Source: Promethearchaeota archaeon | GTDB lineage: Archaea; Asgardarchaeota; Lokiarchaeia; Sigyniarchaeales; SOKP01 | Length of the DNA: 19,200 nt | Direction: 5' to 3' | NCBI GenBank assembly: GCA_048938025.1 | Contig: JBHLMP010000059.1 | Span: forward strand, 1 to 19,200 | In this document: positions 16,800 to 19,200 of the stretch, in pieces | How positions within the stretch are numbered: position 1 is the first letter of the stretch | Layout of the letters: every line of letters starts with the position of its first letter | The notes under the pieces: model-generated | Databases searched by the model: none | What the model saw: the letters and a program-made list of their open reading frames with translations, nothing else | Told to the model about the DNA's origin: nothing | Position numbers and translations under genes: made by a program

Positions 16800-18590
16800 A
16801 TGACCAAAAAAGAAATTGAATGGGATTTAACCGAAATTTTTTCTGGATCTGATGATCCTAAAATTACTGCAACTATGGACAATTTACTAAAAAAAGTTGA
16901 TGAATTCATAAATGACTGTAAAGGAAAAATCAATACGCCTAATTTTAATTCTCAAAAGTTGCTAGAACTTTTCAAAAAACAAGAAGAGTTTCAAGCAGAT
17001 CTGGGTGAATTAAACCTCTATACAAATAGATTATATAGCGGGAATATGACCATTCCAGAAAGTGAGGCTTTGAAAAATCGAGTTGAGGATTTTAGTACAA
17101 AAATATCAAAAGATTTAGCATTTTTAGAATTAGATATAGCAAAATTCGTGAATAGCAATCCTGGTCTAATTGATGATCCCATTTTATCTAATTACAAGCA
17201 TTATTTAGAGCAAATTCAAAGGGTATCTCCTCATTATTTATCTGAAGTGGAGGAGCAGCTAATCCTTGAAAAAGATCAATATGGAATTAGAGCATGGAGT
17301 AATTTACAATCTAAATGGTTGAATACAAGAAAAATCATTGTGAATGTTGAGGGTGAGGAGAAAGAATTATCATATGGCGAAGCTAATGCTTTACTTACAC
17401 ATCCAGACAGGGAGACGCGAATATCAGCAAATAAATCTATTTATGGGCTACTAGGTAAGGAAGAGTATGTGTTTTCATCAGCACTGCGGAGTGTTTGTGG
17501 AGATTGGGTAAAAAATTCTCAAAGACGAAAATATGATAGCCCAATGCACGATAGTCTCATAGTAAATGATACAAATCAAGAAATTATTGATAATTTAATG
17601 CAAGCAATAGAAGAAGGAATAGAAGTATATCGCAAATATCTAAGCTTAAAAGCTAAAATATTAGATCATCCTAAATTAAATTGTGCCGATGTGCGAGCTC
17701 CACTTCCGATGGAACCGCATAAAAAATATTCATGGGAAGAAGCAAAACAATTGGTAATTCAAGCCTATGAAAAATTTGATCCTGAGTTTGCTGAGATTGT
17801 AAAATATATTTTTAATCGAAATCATATTGATGCAAGTCCTAGAAAAGGCAAAAGAAATGGCGCAAATTGTGCTTCATGGTATAAAGGTAAATATTCTTAT
17901 ATTCTTATGACTTATACTGGAGAATTGAATGAAATTTTCACGCTTATTCATGAGCTTGGACATGCCATCCATGATTATTTGGCTATTGTTGAACAAACCT
18001 ACTTTAATATTCATCCTGGTTATACAGTAGCAGAAACCGCATCAATCTTCGGGGAATTATTATTAACCGATCTTCTTCTTGAAAAAGCAGATACAAATCA
18101 AGAAAAAATGGCGATATTAGCGCATGTATTGGATGATGCAGGACAAGCTGCTTTTCAAGTGAGTGCGAGATTCTGGTTTGAACAGGATCTCTATAAAGCA
18201 ATTGAGAACGGTGAAAATTTAGATGGAAAAACGATTTCAAAATATTGGTGTGCTGGTAGAGACAAAATTTATGGAGATTCTGTAGAATGGTTTAATGAAA
18301 TGGATTGGGAATGGACAATGAAACCACATTACTTTATGCCAAATTTTCGTTTCTATAATTATCCATATGTTTATGCTCAATCGTTTGTTTATGCTTTATA
18401 TAAAACGTATAAACAAGAGGGAAGAGAATTTGTACCTAAGTTCAAGAAACTTCTAGCCGCAGGGGGTAGTTTGTCCGCAGAAGATCTTGGTAAAATTGTA
18501 GGATTAGATGTCACAAAAAAAGATTTTTGGAAGTTAGGAATTAAACAATATGAAGATTTCGTAAACCAGTTAGAAAAACTTATGAACTAG
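16800..18590 (+). CDS. pepF: Oligoendopeptidase F (peptidase M3B)
   Basis: N-terminal WDL, RKGKRNGA, zinc motif HELGHAIH, AETASIFGE and PHYF...FYNYPY. Confidence 0.93.
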   Translation: MTKKEIEWDLTEIFSGSDDPKITATMDNLLKKVDEFINDCKGKINTPNFNSQKLLELFKKQEEFQADLGELNLYTNRLYSGNMTIPESEALKNRVEDFSTKISKDLAFLELDIAKFVNSNPGLIDDPILSNYKHYLEQIQRVSPHYLSEVEEQLILEKDQYGIRAWSNLQSKWLNTRKIIVNVEGEEKELSYGEANALLTHPDRETRISANKSIYGLLGKEEYVFSSALRSVCGDWVKNSQRRKYDSPMHDSLIVNDTNQEIIDNLMQAIEEGIEVYRKYLSLKAKILDHPKLNCADVRAPLPMEPHKKYSWEEAKQLVIQAYEKFDPEFAEIVKYIFNRNHIDASPRKGKRNGANCASWYKGKYSYILMTYTGELNEIFTLIHELGHAIHDYLAIVEQTYFNIHPGYTVAETASIFGELLLTDLLLEKADTNQEKMAILAHVLDDAGQAAFQVSARFWFEQDLYKAIENGENLDGKTISKYWCAGRDKIYGDSVEWFNEMDWEWTMKPHYFMPNFRFYNYPYVYAQSFVYALYKTYKQEGREFVPKFKKLLAAGGSLSAEDLGKIVGLDVTKKDFWKLGIKQYEDFVNQLEKLMN

Positions 18591-18671
18591 TCTATTCTGC
18601 TGAGCCTTATCAATCAAATCATATTTAATTTTTTTAATTGTTTTAAGAATAAGTGAAAATTATAAAAAATT

Positions 18672-18877
18672 GCTCTTGCCATAGCTAGGCACTTGATATA
18701 AGGTGCTTCCATGGCAAGAGCTAAACTTCATTTGTTATTCTGTCTACAAATGTCTAGGTTAGAGTGGAGGGTAGATTATTTTAAATAAGGTGTAGGAATT
18801 GATCCTTCATTCATCCTACTCACTGGACTCTTGCTTGTACTGCTGTCAGCACCATAGAAGGTCGTTCCATCCACCTT
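18672..18877 (-). ncRNA. Candidate structured non-coding RNA or element, family unknown
   Basis: About 41% GC by hand count (87 of 210 over 18671-18880) in an otherwise very AT-rich intergenic background. Perfect 11-bp inverted repeat at 18672-18682/18711-18721 plus several further stems. Confidence 0.4.
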
Positions 18878-18944
18878 TTCTTCTTACATATAAGCCAAAT
18901 TCTCTTACAACATGAAAATCTTTTTAACATCACCTCTTTATATT

Positions 18945-19199
18945 CTACATTGCCTCATATTGACGTGGTCTTCGTTCATAATATATCTTTAACTTTTCTG
19001 GTTCTTTTACTTTAATTCTTCTGATCACTTTAGAGAGAGCGTTAGGATTTGAATATCCCATCGCAGTAGACCATTCTTCTGCTGTAGATAAGCCTAATTC
19101 TTTTAATTTATCTAAACATATTTGTTCATATGTTCTTGTCTCTCTCTCTATCATCTTTAACTTCTCTTGAAATCTAAATCTAAATTGTTTCAATGACAT
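18945..19199 (-). CDS. Small hypothetical protein, probable winged helix-turn-helix DNA-binding fold
   Basis: LDKLKELGLSTAEEWSTAMGYSNPNALSKVIRRI followed by short beta segments. The start is at the window edge and may differ. Confidence 0.6.
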   Translation of the reverse strand: MSLKQFRFRFQEKLKMIERETRTYEQICLDKLKELGLSTAEEWSTAMGYSNPNALSKVIRRIKVKEPEKLKIYYERRPRQYEAM

Positions 19200-19200
19200 C

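Noticed and set aside
633-18240. Overlapping track ORFs: 633-881, 1352-1540, 3091-3414, 3724-4026, 4023-4316, 4347-4580, 6710-6895, 7624-8088, 9330-9542, 9966-10223, 10912-11172, 12884-13072, 13736-13930, 14513-14755 and 18004-18240
   Set aside because: They are antisense or out-of-frame shadows of well-supported genes and have no recognisable motifs.
18790-18890. Superficial similarity to a SAM-I riboswitch (aaga..aggtgga.gga ... caattcc) or a tRNA T-arm
   Set aside because: The kink-turn UGA, GCAAC and P1 AUC/GAU elements are missing, there is no cloverleaf, and no downstream co-oriented gene.
18820-18930. 36-aa minus-strand ORF MLKRFSCCKRIW... after GAGGTG
   Set aside because: The SD-like motif abuts the ATG with no spacer, the peptide has no recognisable features, and the region is better explained by RNA structure. 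It is not fully excluded.
1-19200. CRISPR arrays, tRNA/rRNA genes, transposases or integrases
   Set aside because: No regularly spaced repeats, cloverleafs, rRNA-like segments or recombinase motifs were seen.

Overview
This is an AT-rich archaeal-type window, most likely from an Asgard archaeon of the Lokiarchaeia/Promethearchaeota. That assignment is inferred from eukaryote-signature-like proteins: a longin-like domain, a C4C4 RING finger and a Bud23/WBSCR22-like methyltransferase. Recognisable genes encode a truncated radical-SAM protein, a glucose/sorbosone dehydrogenase, a receiver-only response regulator, a rhomboid protease, a nucleotide-sugar dehydrogenase, a HAD hydrolase, an SRPBCC-like protein, an ArsB/NhaD/SLC13-type transporter, GdhA, fused GuaA, an ABC-2 exporter pair and oligoendopeptidase F. 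The strongest novel signal is missing from the ORF track: two tandem paralogous microprotein genes on the minus strand (5649-5798 and 5331-5471). An in-frame TGA in a CxxU context in the first aligns exactly with a Cys in the second, and a structured 3' element lies between them. This makes a candidate new small selenoprotein/Cys-paralogue pair. Other unexplained structure includes a GC-enriched, probably minus-strand structured RNA (about 18670-18880), a 48-bp direct repeat flanking the dehydrogenase gene, and a duplicated N-terminal coding fragment upstream of the longin-like gene. All calls come from reading the sequence by eye; no searches were run.
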